This document shows positions 1 through 12,150 of a DNA stretch of 64,000 nucleotides, piece after piece (the stretch's first letter is position 1; every line of letters starts with the position of its first letter). Below the pieces are notes generated by a model. That model was not told the origin of the DNA. It saw only the letters and a program-made list of their open reading frames with translations, and searched no databases. A program made the translations under genes and the position numbers. The stretch is from Felis catus (Eukaryota). Where the stretch lies: contig NC_058368.1 of assembly GCF_018350175.1 (NCBI RefSeq), forward strand, positions 124,746,001 to 124,810,000. The letters run 5' to 3'.

Positions 1-545
1 TATTTGAAGATATAAAAGCTGAGTATTTCCCCACAAAAATAATGAAATATATTAAGCCACAGGTCCAAGAAGCTCAGAGGAACCCCAAACAGATAACAGT
101 AAAAGAGGAGAAGGGAGAGAAACAAAACTCACACCACAAACATATATCTAGACCCATAATACTTAAGTGGCTTAAAACTTAAAGAGAAAATCTTTAAGAC
201 ACTCAAATAAAAAGGAAATATTACATACAGAGAAACAAAGCTAAGACTGACAGTAAGCTTCTCATGTGAAACCATATCAAACAAGATAGAATGATACCTT
301 TAAAATGCTGGGGGGTGGGTGGGAACTATTAACCCAGAATTTATGCCCGGTGAAAATACGTATCAAAAAAGAAAGAAAAGACTTTTTCAGACAAGTAGAA
401 ACTGAGAGAATTTGTTACTAGCAGACTTACACTACAAAAAAAAAAAAAAAAAAATGTTAGAGGAGGCTCCACAGGTAAAAGGGAAATGATACCAGATCAA
501 AACTTGGAATGTGAACCAGTCAGAGCCCCAGAAATGATTAAAATA
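1..545 (+). mobile_element. Ancient L1 (L1M-type) ORF1-region fragment
   Basis: Degenerate ORF1-like motifs (caagaagctcag...cccc...agataa; aaagagaaaatcttt; aagactgacag...cttctca; cagaatttatgcc; aaactgagagaatttgttactagcagac). No ORF remains. Confidence 0.7.
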
Positions 546-614
546 AAGATTTTCCTAGCTTTGGGTGAATGAAATTCTTTTTAATATAAAAAACTCAATC
601 TAGTCTACTCTATT

Positions 615-1027
615 GGTGCCCCGCCCAGCCCTCCTTTATTGTACTGGTGCAAGGATTCTCCTGGTTGCCCAAGAGGGAAGGGGTATGGGGAGGGCTTCTA
701 TCAGCTCACAGATGCATTCCACCCATCAGAATTGCCCTTGGCCAGTGGCAGCCACTTGGAGATAGAATATATGGGACGTTGTGCCCTGCCCCTGAGGAAG
801 GCCTCTAGCCAATAACTAACAGATATGGGGTACCATAAAGACCCACTGCCTTGCCTCAATGGGGAGTAACTCTGTAGTACTATTCATGTTTTAGAGTTCC
901 CTGAATCTACATCTTTGCCTTACCTTTTCTCCTGTCCTAGCCTGCTTCCTTCCCTTTATTACAGATTTCACCTGAGAGCTCTCCCTCAAGATTCAATTTC
1001 TCAATCTCTGAGGACTCTGAAAAAGAC
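615..1027 (+). mobile_element. ERVL LTR16-like solo LTR remnant
   Basis: ccttgcctcaatgggg..aactctg..attcatg..agagttccctg and cctgcttcc...tttcacctgagagc resemble the recalled LTR16 consensus. Confidence 0.55.
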
Positions 1028-1029
1028 AC

Positions 1030-1320
1030 TCAACATTTTATCACAAACAGTGATCTTAGCCATAGGTTTTTCTACATGTTGTTTTTCAAATTAAGAAATT
1101 TCCTCTATACCTTGTTTCCTAGGAGTTTATATCAAGAATGGATGCGATTTTCTGTAAAAAAAAAAAAATAATAATAATAATAATAATCTACATTTATTTA
1201 TATGATCACGTGATTTTTCTCCTTTATTTGGTTAATATAATAGCTTTTGTATAGTAATTCAGAATTCTTAGAATAAATGTAACTTCGTCATAATTTTTTA
1301 AAATAACTTCTTAATCTATT
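1030..1320 (-). mobile_element. Ancient L1 ORF2 fragment with internal A/(AAT)n run
   Basis: Antisense L1 motifs: ttagccataggttttt, ttaagaaatttcctctat, atcaagaatggatg, gatcacgtgatttttctccttt. Confidence 0.55.
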
Positions 1321-3900
1321 AAAACTTTTCAAATTGTAAAAAGCAAGATTTTCTTTTTTTTTTCTCTTTGACAAGAGTTCTTCCATAAAGATTAAAGGGA
1401 GAAAAACTCATTGAGACTAAGCAGGGAGCAGCAAGAGAAAACCCAAATATATTTAAATCTTCCAAAGCTGCTAACAGCAGGAGGAATACTGGCACATTTC
1501 TTATTCAAGGAGTCTGTACCAGCTCTGCAAAAGGAACAGTCCTGCCTGCAGGCAAGGGTGGAATGAGAGGGTCTGCAAGTCCCCATCAATCTTCAAGCTT
1601 CTAAAACCAGCTTTTGCTTGAAGAGCCAATAAAACTCTATGCTGCAACCCATAGGCAGAGCCTTTCTGAGGATCAAAACACATGGCTCATCAATCCCATA
1701 GGATTATGAGAGTAGGGAATATAAAAGGAATCCACAAACTGGCATAAAGCCCTTAATATTGACAGATTCACAGGTTTTTATCAATTTGTGTCACAGAACA
1801 TCTTCCTCATTTTTCCTTGTTCCTTCAAAAGTTGGAGAAGCTTGACCCCAATTGCCAGTCATTCCATCACTAAATACAGTACTTGTATTTATTAATGAGA
1901 AAATAAATAGCCATCAACATTGTAACTAGAAAATACATTAATCTTCACGTATGGAATAAAGACACCAAAACCCCCCAAATACACAAGCTCTGGAATGATG
2001 AGTTTACCCTGCTCCAAATAACTCATTCAGTTCCTCTTGTGACCCCCATTCTTGAGATGGCTTGAAAGACTGGTGACATAGTCTTTATCTGCAAGACTGA
2101 AAGATTTCCAAGTTTGTCAACTGATGTAAAATGTTTTTGCATCCTCTGCTAAACTCTACATTCCTCCAGGTCTATGAATATATCTTGTCTTTTGTTCTGT
2201 CTTTCCTGGCAAAGTACCAAGGACACAAGAGATCTGGTCAATTATTATTGAATTAGATATGACTGGCCCATGTGTCTCAACACTGGACCTTGACTTCACT
2301 AACACCATTATTTAACCAGGTGTGCTACTGAAGAAAGTACCCACAATGGCACTGAAGACAGAAATACTCTGCCAAAATAGAAATCCTAAAAATCTCTGAA
2401 ATTATCACCTTTCTTTAAATTTTCTATTGTCCTTCCATTTATATACGAGGCCCAGTGCTTACTGGATGCCTTTAACCTGAAGATCTGGGCTGCTAAGAGT
2501 ACTTTTGAAACAGTCAGTCAATTGTGAAATAAATACTCTTGATCATCTGATAGCTGACTTGTGACTTGGTTTTTCAGGGAACTCTCCTATGGCTCAGTTT
2601 AATCATTATATCAAAGAAGAAGCTGTGCCATTTGTAAGCTCAAAACACGATCATTAGGAGAAACTGGCCTCTCCTTTTACTCTTCAAGACCCAGTCTGTT
2701 CCTTCCCACCTTTTATAAGCATATTTCCCTGAACAATCTTATTGGGGATGCAGTTAGTATTGACCTTAAAATTGTTCCAATTTGGGAGGCAACGATCCTT
2801 GGAAAATGGCCACCATTCCTTACATTCTTGGTTTTTACCTTTTACCAGTGCTCTCACTCAAAGCATTTTGGCTTAAATGGCATTATATCAAGTTGCACCA
2901 ACTAATTTTACTTCATAGATCTCAGAGATCATCAGAATTTTGGAGCTAGAAGGAACCTCAATGACTGACTAGTCAATTCCATTGTACTAAAATTGAGCTC
3001 CAGAATAAATGCATTAGCCTGTATCTATAGACAGATTCAAGATGAAAAATCAAGTCTGCAGTCTTTCTAGTGAAGACACTGTACTACCCTCTATGCATAA
3101 ACCAAATCTGAGAAAATGATCTCATGAGTTCGTGCCCAGCAACATGAAAATGTTCCCAAGTCTCTAGAAGCAATGTGATAATTTAAGCAAGCAAGACCTC
3201 ACTCCAGATTTCCCCCAAAATGAAATACCAGGGCTGCCCTGAACATTGATGCCTCCTGGGTAATTTCTGCTAAATTACAAGAAAGGAGAGGGTCATTGCC
3301 TTATTTTGACAGATCCTTTTCACACTTCTGATCCACATATCCTCTTATTCCTACTTTTATTAGGATTAACTGGAATAGGTCTCAAACATCTTATCAAGCA
3401 ATATTAAGAAATCTCTCTCTGCTATTTTTCCTACCCATTCCAGCCTAATACCCTCTCCTCTAAGGATGGCTCCACAAAAAAAAGAGAGAGTAGAGACCAG
3501 TTACTTCTAGAGTCTAGGAAAGGAGCCTGCTAAAAAATGCCTTCCCTTCCAATAATAAATTTTTTCTGGCCTCTATGTGAATAGAACTTGAAAACTTGAG
3601 CTTTGAGTTGTGATTTGATACCTGAAATTCCTTTCATTCCACAATTAAAGATAAGGCTTTCAGGGTAAACATAGCAGAACTAAGCATTCCCTGGATTCAC
3701 TAAAGGGAATAGAGACTGACTTGGCTCAATTCTTAGATCTAGTTTTGGAAAACAAGAGGAAAAGGAGAGGTCAAGGGCACTGAAGGGAGAGTGAACACAG
3801 GAAAAAAGAAAGGCTGGAGGCATTGAAGAGAAAGTCTGCCCACTTCACCATCTGCCCTGAAAAATGCTATGTGTAATTGCTTCCAGGTCTACTCCTCATT

Positions 3901-3947
<47 letters not shown>
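3901..3947. repeat. (TTAG)11 microsatellite derived from the adjacent SINE tail
   Basis: Perfect tetranucleotide run abutting the T-rich tail of a minus-strand SINE. Confidence 0.95.
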
Positions 3948-4074
3948 TTTTTAATATTTATTTATATTTGAGAGAGAGAGCGAGCAGAAAGACAGAAAGT
4001 ATGACAGCTGTGCTGACAGCTCAGAGCCTGATGTAGGGCTCAAACCCACGAGCCGTGAGATTGTGACCTGAGCC
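3948..4074 (-). mobile_element. 5'-truncated, internally rearranged Can-SINE
   Basis: tatttatttatatttgagagagag ... gggctcaaacccacgagccgtgagattgtgacctgagcc; cctcattt occurs on both flanks (probable TSD). Confidence 0.85.
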
Positions 4075-4987
4075 CCCTCATTTTTTTTTTAAATCAACTT
4101 TGACCACAAAGGCAACTGTTACTGGTCTTCAAATGGACAAGAATATCTTTGGGTGGCATCTATCTAGATGAAGATGAGTGGGAAATAGAGTCTTATAGGT
4201 GTAGTAGAAAGAGATTTTAAAACATATAATATCCTTTTATACCTAATTGTATTACTTAATCAGGATGATATTTTCTATTAACATGGTCCTTTCAAATAAG
4301 GAACTCAAAGTGGAAAAGGAATCACAGATTTATAGAAAGCAGAAAAATCAGCTCCCTGTATTCCCATTAAAGTGTTGTCTGTATTAGAAGTCACAAAAAA
4401 AATGAAAGATAAACATTCATGTTAAAGAAATTTCCAAACTGATATGATTGCTTCCACAAATGAAATACTGGAAGCAGTGATGATGTTGAGAAAGTGGTAG
4501 AACGCAGTCTGTTTTTATTTTCTAGGGGAAGACAAGGCAGAGAAAGAGAAGGAAAAAATAGTGGATAGTGCTCCCATTTACACACTGCCTGGGTTAATAT
4601 GTAATTGACAAGCTTAATGACTGCATAATAATTGCCTCTATTGTTTACTGTCTGGATGGTGGCCAGTCATCACTCTGCCCACCAGGGGCTTTGAGTTTGT
4701 AAGGAATGCAGTGAGTAGCTGCATGCCAGGGTCTACATGCCAGGTGTAACCTAGCTGAAGAAGACGTTCAAGAAGACGTTCAGGAGGAAGTGCATGGGGA
4801 GACCTGGTGATGTTCCCAGTGGTGGGGTGTGTCTCTCTGCTCTTGGTAAATAGTCTCACTTCAAAACTGCTATGTGAGTTGTGGCAGAACAGAGCTATGC
4901 TGGGCTCCACTTGAAAAAGACAAAGAAAGGAAAACTCTCATGGTCCAGAAAAAGTTCTCATTTCTGTCCTATCCAAGCTGTAAAAAA

Positions 4988-5113
4988 GAAGAAGGAGGAG
5001 GAGGAGGAGGAGGAGGAGGAGGAGGAGGAGGAGGAGGAGGAGGAGAAGAAGAAGAAGAAGAAGAAGAAGAAGAAGAAGAAGAAGAAGAAGAAGACGAAGA
5101 AGAAGAAGAAGAA
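4988..5113. repeat. Compound microsatellite (GAA)2(GGA)17(GAA)16 GAC (GAA)6
   Basis: Read directly; explains the poly-G/E/K/L/S/P ORFs in the track. Confidence 0.98.
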
Positions 5114-7404
5114 GTGGAGTGTCCCCTTGGCTGTTCTTGCACTGACCTGGGATGTGCTGGGAAGTACTCATCTTTCATGTTTGTTTCATGTCTCAGATTT
5201 GCAGGGATGTGAAAAGACATTCCTCCTTACTGTTTCCTGATCCACTTTCTAAGTTCTTGCCTCTTGCTCTTCATAATGTGACATAGGCAAACAGACCAAG
5301 ACTTTCAGTCATGAACTATAGAAAGGATTTCCGTGGAAACGTACGATGAATCCACTGCTATGGTGCTGATCTTGTCTCATCTTGCCTCTTGCAAGGACCA
5401 AGATGGTTTGATGTACAAAAACAAGTGTAATTTATTCTCATGTGGTCTTGTTCTGATCTGGGTTACAAGTGTTCTCCCTGATTACCTTAACTTTCATTGG
5501 TTTCTTCATTGTCCAATAAATCAAGTTCAGATTCCTGACACCTGAGAAGGCTCTCCTACTACTTTCCCTACCTTCCCTTCCACTTCAACTTAACAATGCT
5601 TTATTGTGTTGCTCCATCCTTTCTTCTGCCTAACTAGATGTCTCCTTCTACTCACTCCCTCTCCATTTAAATCGTGTTCCTCTGCTGCAAACCTTGTAGT
5701 ATCTCCCTATTATACATTCTCACACACCTTGTCCTTTTCCTTCATAACACTTATCCCTACGGCCATAAAATGCTTATATGTATAGTCATCAGTGGGGCTA
5801 CTTTCTTCCTCACTACACAATGAGATCTCTAAAGATAGGGACAACATGTATTATGTTCTGTGACACATATCTAACAGCAAACTGGTAATAGGTGCTTAGA
5901 TTGTCAAGTTAATAACTATATTAATGGTGATGAACACCAGTTCAAATTTCCACTTCCTTCATAAGATGGACCTTCAACTTTTCCAGCTGAGTATATTCTT
6001 GTTAGTCATCATCTGAAGTAGCAGGTGAACTTTGTGCTTCATGCTGGCACTATCATTCTCCATGTTTTGTCAGCATTATCAGGATCTTAGTCTTATCTCC
6101 TCTGTTATTCTAAGGCTCCTTGACAGAAGGGACTCTCGTTCATTCTTTATATCATTCACAACTTTAATCACAAAAGTTACCTAAATGGGACTCAAAACCT
6201 GTTGCCTGAATGATGGATAAATCTTTTATGTATTCCCTTGTTTGCTTAATGTCTATAGTCTCACATTAGGCAAACACATTACCCTTCCTACAACAGAATT
6301 TAAATAAATAAATAACCAGTTGACATATCTTTTCAGCATTTCAGAGTTTTAACTATGTATGTAGCATATGCTCCTTCCAGGGGCATTCCATTGTGTTCTG
6401 AGAAGTCTTGAGTTTAAAGCTGTGAAGGCAGGGGATGAAGAAGTTCTAAGTTTTGGGCCAGAGACAACAGAGGAGGTTAAGAGCCTGAAGCAGCAGGAAA
6501 ATGAAGAGAGCAGGAATAAGTATTTGCAACAGATGATTTAGGTGGAAAAAACTGTATGCTTCAAGAAACTCAAAAGAGTGATGGGCTTTGAGCTTAAGCC
6601 TTTATTGTTTATAAACTTGAGCTAAGGTCTTCATCCTGAATATACTGTGTCACCTTGCCAAAATCACTTTTCTCCCTGAATCTGTTTCCCCATGAGTGAA
6701 ATGACACAAATGATGCTTATATTTCAGATTGTTTATGTAATTCGTACAATAAAAAGTGAGAAATTGTTCTTATCAGCCCAAAAGGGTTATGTAACTGGAA
6801 TCACCTAAATGGTGGTTAGGACTGAGAACTGGAGTGAGACAGCTCAGATGGTCTAGGAGACCACAAAGCAGAAGCTTATGTTTCATCAGGAGAGTAAAAG
6901 GACCATCACCCTTAAGGCCCTAGAGTAAATGGGGATTAAAAAGTTAAATAAGGAGGAGGTAGTCAGAATTCGAGGAAGGGATGTGGGGGGATGGGGCAGA
7001 TAGAGCAACTACACAGAATATGAATGAGGCATAAAGTACACAGGGGGTAAGACTAAAAGAGTCTTAGGAGAAGGTAAAAGGGGGACACCCAAGGAAAGAG
7101 GAGAGCTGGGCAGGACAGGGACCTCAGTATTTGTTCTATGAGATATAAGATAACATACAATGAGAAGAGATTGAAGAGAGGGAATCCAGGATCCCATAGA
7201 TTTGGCATCATGGAAAAAGGCTGGAAGCCAAGGGGCTCCCACAAAAAGTAGACCCCTACATCTTAATCTTTCACAACGTGATGTGTCAATTATATCTCAA
7301 TAAAGCTTGGGAGGAAAAAAAAAAAAGGACTACCTACTTCCTGCTTATCAGATCCAATCAACATAACATGGGAAGCCAGTGTGATGTTTTGTGGAATAAG
7401 ATAA

Positions 7405-7651
7405 AAAAGATAAATTCATAGAGGTGGAAAGGAAAATGGTGGTTGCTGAGGGCTGGGAGAAGGGAGGGAATAGGAAGTAAGTATTTAATAGATATGGAGA
7501 GTTTGGGTTTTTGCAAGATGAAAAAAGTTCTGGATATGGATGGTGGTGACAGCAGTACAACAATGTGAATGTGCTTAATGCCACTGAACTGTATACTTAA
7601 AAATGGTTAAAATGGGAAGTTTTATGTTATGTATATCTTACCACAATTTTT
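7405..7651 (+). mobile_element. L1MB-type 3' end fragment
   Basis: gcaagatgaaaaaagttctggatatggatggtggtga...aacaatgtgaatgtgcttaatgccactgaactgtatacttaaaaatggttaaaatgg...ttaccacaatttt matches the recalled L1MB 3'UTR. Confidence 0.85.
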
Positions 7652-7741
7652 GAAGGAAAGAAGGAAAGGAAGGAAGGAAGGAAGGAAGGAAGGAAGGAAG
7701 GAAGGAAGGAAGGAAGGGAGGGAGGAAGGAAGGAAGGAAGA
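7652..7741. repeat. (GGAA)n/(GGGA)n microsatellite at the L1MB tail position
   Basis: Read directly; about 20 imperfect tetramers. Confidence 0.95.
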
Positions 7742-7854
7742 AACTTAAAAAGAGCCAGTTGTACTCTCTACTAAGAGAATATAAGAACAGGAGCAGTAAA
7801 GGAATCCCTGAAGAATTGATGAAAGGAAAAGGGACCACAGAAACCAAAAGTGGA

Positions 7855-8300
7855 GAAAATGTCCAAGCCAGGCTGTCTTCTTCCTAGAAATGCAACCCAC
7901 TACATTTTCCAGATTCCTGTGCAGTTGGGTGTGGCCAGGTGGCCAAGTTTTAGCCAAACTAACATTAACAGAATGTTGTAGGCCACTTCCACAAACCAGG
8001 TACACAAAAATCTTCCACCTGTGTTTCTCCATGCTGTTTTCCTTCTGAAATGTGGGTGCTCATGGCCAGGGCAACTTTGGAAGCCACATGTTGAAGACAA
8101 TGAAGCCGCAAGACAAAAGGAGTTCAGACTCCTGCATCACTGCTTGAAGGATAGAACTGTATCGATCAGGACATCTATTTTAACTATCAAGACATCTATT
8201 TTAGACATAACATCAGCAAGAAAAAACAAGTCTATTGTGTCCAAGCCAATATACAGTTGGAGGTGAATTCATTATAAGAGTTATCATTACCTTAACTGGG
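7855..8300 (+). mobile_element. MaLR MLT1 (H/I/J-like) LTR remnant
   Basis: cattttccagattcc..tgcagttgggtgtggcca..aagttttagccaa; gaagccacatgttgaaga; ttgtgtccaagcca. Confidence 0.6.
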
Positions 8301-10502
8301 GAGGCTGGGGAGGTGACTAAGGAGCCCACTGGCTGCATTTTTGAACAATCAAGTGAGAATTATAAGAAGAGAAAGTGGAAAAGGCTGGGAGAAAGAAAAT
8401 AAAGGCAGAGGGTATCTATGGATAGTCTTTGAAACCAGGATACAAGAAAAAAAAGAATAACAAAATGTGGCTTTAAACAAATGTTGTTAATAAAGCATGT
8501 GCTATTACACATCACGATCCAGTCAGTCCATATCCATCCCTATTTATTGGCTCTCCTCTACTCTATGACCTTGGCCATGGCACATACCCTGTCCTAAGCT
8601 TTCTATTTATAGCCACAAGAAAAAATATCAACCAAGTTTCCAATACAGGTTTTTAAAAAACTCCAAGTTCCTTCTCTTGCTTTCCCTCTCTCTCTTTTTC
8701 CTCCAAATAATTTTTAATTGTTTAATGTGGGAAAATGTTTTATGGGAATTGCATTCCTTTCTGAGCCACTGCCTGGGTCATTTAAAACTAAACAATAGAC
8801 AAAACAAAGGGAAACATTAACTTGTGGGGAGGGTGGGGGGGGACTTTATAATAACAACCTTCAGGGCTGATCTAGGATTGGCTAAGATGATAAAAGGAGT
8901 TAAAAATTTGTGGCCATCCAGGCTACATAAAAATAATATTCAGCTTTCGCCTCTCCTCCTCCCCAACAGGTATGCTCCAGAGAGATGCCTAATTAATTCT
9001 GTAGTCCTATCAGTTCCTATTATTGCTAAAATATTCTCAGATTCTCAGATAAGTCACAGGCCAGTGAATTAATATAGTTGCCAAAGGCTAAAGTTTGCAG
9101 AGACTCTAAAGCCATTCAAGCAAAAACAAGGTATAAACAGAATTCATTTTAATGACTACTATTATTTTTATTATTTTAAGCAGATAGGTTTATCCAGGAC
9201 ATGCAAACTTAGCTTTTGAGTGTTGGTCGTAAACCTTTAGGCACTTTTCTAGCTCTTGTAATAACACCAATGAGAGATTAAACTAGAAAGTAAATCTACA
9301 AATGAGTAGCCATCTTATAATTAGCAAGCACTCTCCTTTATATAAAATTCCATGACAGCCTTTAATAGCCATACTTTATACTCACCTAGAGCCTTTCATC
9401 TGAAAAGCTCAAAGCACTTCTTGCTAATACCAGTGCCAATTATCTCAAACTTTTTGTAAGTCAGGGAGCTAGAATTTCCATCCACAAGGCATTTTGGTCA
9501 TTGCTGGGATCTGAGCCCTTCTGTCTCCATCCCATGTTGTTGTGGGTAACACTCTTTCCCCAGATCACAGCCCCACTCCCAGCCCAATTAAGGGGAGAAG
9601 GGATCCTATCAGGGCAAGAAATACTGGTTTTAGCCACATTAGAGACAATGGGAGGAAAAGAAGAGGTCAGCCTTTGGAATTAGACCTGACTACACAACAT
9701 AGCTTTAAACAAATCATCTTAACCTCTCTGAGCTTCAATTTGCTCATCTATAACCAAGAATATAAAATAATACTACAGTTCTTGGCACACCGTAGGCACT
9801 CAATAAATACCTGCTTGAGACTATAAAACCATATCATCCTTCCTATCACTAATTTCACTGGATTTTTTTTTCCCACTAGATTTTTTAAACCAAGCAATGT
9901 TTTATCTGTTTAATATTGGCTGAGAGTCTGCATGGGAATACTGACCGTGATAGGGACTAAATAAATGTTAGTGAAGTTGCACTGGTATAGAAGAAGTGTA
10001 TATCCAATGCCCACGAAAACCAAACTATCTTGGGTTACCCATAAAAATAAGTCCCATATTTTTTCAATAAGTGCTAACCCCTGGATATGAATGATTTACA
10101 CTAGTACAATTGTAACCCTTTTTAGTATACTTGAGGTGATTTTCCAAATCCCTTATGTCCTGTATTTATAAACAAAGGTGAATATTGTTAGGAATTTTAC
10201 CACTTTTTAAAATACCAAATAATAAGTTATTAGTTACAGAGATCTGTTGAAGAAAATCTTATGTTATATAAACTTAAATGTATTACTATGGTTTATGGAT
10301 TCATTTGGGTTATTTTTAGAAGGCAAAAACTTAGTCCTTTCAGCTATCTGAAGACAAAATTGTATACCTCCCATTATAAATATCACATTTTCATTAGATT
10401 TTTCATAGTTCACCAAAAATGCAGCCAAATCATTTGTTAGTCAAGAACTATAGAGTCAAAAGGAGTTCCTATTCCCTGGATTTGAAAGTGTTAAAAAAAA
10501 TT

Positions 10503-10850
10503 CTAGAGGGTATAATGCTAAGTGAAATAAATCAGAGAAAGACAAATACCATATGATTTCACTCATATGTGGAATTTAACAAACAAAATAAATAAGGGAA
10601 AAAAGAGATAAACAACAACAACAACAACAACAACAAAAACAGATTCTTAAATACAAAGTACAGACTGTCACCAGAGGGGAGAGGGACAGAGGATAGGTGA
10701 AATAGGTGAAGGGGATTAAGAGTATACTATCATATGAGCACTAAGTAATGTACAGAATTGTTGAACCATTATAATGTACACCTAAAACTAACATAACACT
10801 GTATGCTAATTATATTTGAATTTTAAAAATTAATTTAAAAATATTTTAAT
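10503..10850 (+). mobile_element. Carnivore-type L1 3' end fragment with (CAA)n
   Basis: ctagagggtataatgctaagtgaaataaatcagagaaagacaaataccatatgatttcactcatatgtggaat followed by a 3'UTR ending aactaacataacactgtatg. Confidence 0.88.
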
Positions 10851-11807
10851 TATTAACTTACTTGTTAGGCCATGACAGTGACATCACTCACCCAAAACTG
10901 TTTTAGCAACCTCAATCAATTCAAAACATGGTAATGATCAAACAGTAAGGACAAGAGTTAGGAGGAGCTTCTGAGTAGGCAAAATAGGTATTAGGAACAT
11001 TTATGTCTAACAGTCATGAATTTCATTCATAAGAGATACTTTAGCATATCACTCAGAGCTAAGTTACCCTTACTTTGTCCACAATTCTAACAAGTTTTCA
11101 TTTGATTTCTCCCACTGTCAGTAGTTTAAAAGCAGCAAATCAGAAGTATTAGACATTAGGAGGAAGAAGACTTCTTACAGCTGTCATCCAATAAGCCAGC
11201 AAATTAACAATCCCTTTTTGAATGGTAACTATTTTCTAGCACTTTAGTAGGTACTAAGGGACAGAAAAGTGTAAGTTATTATCCTTGCCCTCCATAGCTT
11301 AATACTTCTGTTGAGGATACAAAAGAGCTCCACACAGGAAACAAATAGAAACAAATAAATTACATACCATTGACCATAGCTTTAAAAACTTCAGAGAAAA
11401 GAGAAATCAGCATAGGAGAGAATACAAAATATTTCAGTGAGGCCAAATCTTTTTTTTAATTTTTTAAAAAAGGACACAAACAAAATATTAGAGCAAGCCC
11501 TGTGTCTGAAGACTTAAAAAAAAAAAACATATGTGTGAAGGGTGATGCCTTATAATCATTGTGGGAGACACTTAAAAGTTTAAAAAGTTTTTCTCAGAAG
11601 AGAAAATGAACAGGGACAATTAGGTAGCGTCAAGTATCAAATACAGTGATTTCTTTGTGTATATCTGGAAAACCAAATAAGGAGAAATCAGCTTACAGTG
11701 CAGAAGCAAAGACTGCACTAAGGCATTGGAATGTATTTTTGAATATAATCATGGTTTTTTTTTTTAAGTTTTCCTTTTATATACTGCTCTTTCAATGGTT
11801 TTAGTGA

Positions 11808-11940
11808 GGGGCTCCTGGCTGGCTCGGTCGGAAGAGCACACAACTCTTGATCTCAGGGCCATAAGTTCGAGCCCCATGTTGGGTGTGGAGATGGCTTAAA
11901 TAAATTTAAAAAAAAAAATTTAATTAATTAATTAATTTTT
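11808..11940 (+). mobile_element. Short tRNA-Lys-like retroposon (Can-SINE head only); its A-rich tail resumes after the nested SINE to ~12179
   Basis: ggggctcctggctggctcggtcggaagagca...tcttgatctcaggg..agttcgagcccca with A/B-box-like motifs, then an A-rich tail; TSD aatggttttagtg (11794-11806) / aacggtttcagtg (12180-12192). Confidence 0.85.
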
Positions 11941-11950
11941 AAAAAATTTT

Positions 11951-12150
11951 TATTTATTTATTTTTGAGAGAGAAAGAGCACAAGCCAGGGAGGAGCAGAG
12001 AGAGACAGGGAGACACAGAACCCGAAGCAGGCTACAGGCTCTGAGCTATCAGTGCAGAGCTCAACATGGGACTTGAACTCATGAATTGTGAGAGCATGAC
12101 CTGAGCTGAAGTCGGATGCTTAACCAACTGAGCCACCACCCAGGTACCCC
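11951..12150 (-). mobile_element. Can-SINE inserted in the tail of the tRNA-like element
   Basis: Full antisense SINE body ending ...cccaggtacccc; ttaaaaaa(a)tttt on both flanks. Confidence 0.93.

Noticed and set aside
1787..1870. Possible minus-strand terminal exon (DGMTGNWGQASPTFEGTRKNEEDVL*)
   Set aside because: Weak pyrimidine tract, unrecognised peptide, no partner exon or clear polyadenylation signal.
2578..2633. Possible small + strand exon (ttttcAG...GTAAGC)
   Set aside because: Splice-like motifs of this quality occur often by chance; no recognisable peptide or linked exons.
4758..4782. 12-bp tandem duplication aagaagacgttc (similar small duplications near 8165, 9033, 14781)
   Set aside because: Real but ordinary slippage events with no further structure.
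4874..5240. Overlapping ORFs with poly-G/E/K/L/S/P runs
   Set aside because: Artefacts of the (GGA)n(GAA)n microsatellite, which has no stops in any frame.
11808..11885. Possible functional tRNA-Lys gene
   Set aside because: Degenerate stems, A-rich tail and TSD instead of a T-run terminator: a retroposed copy.
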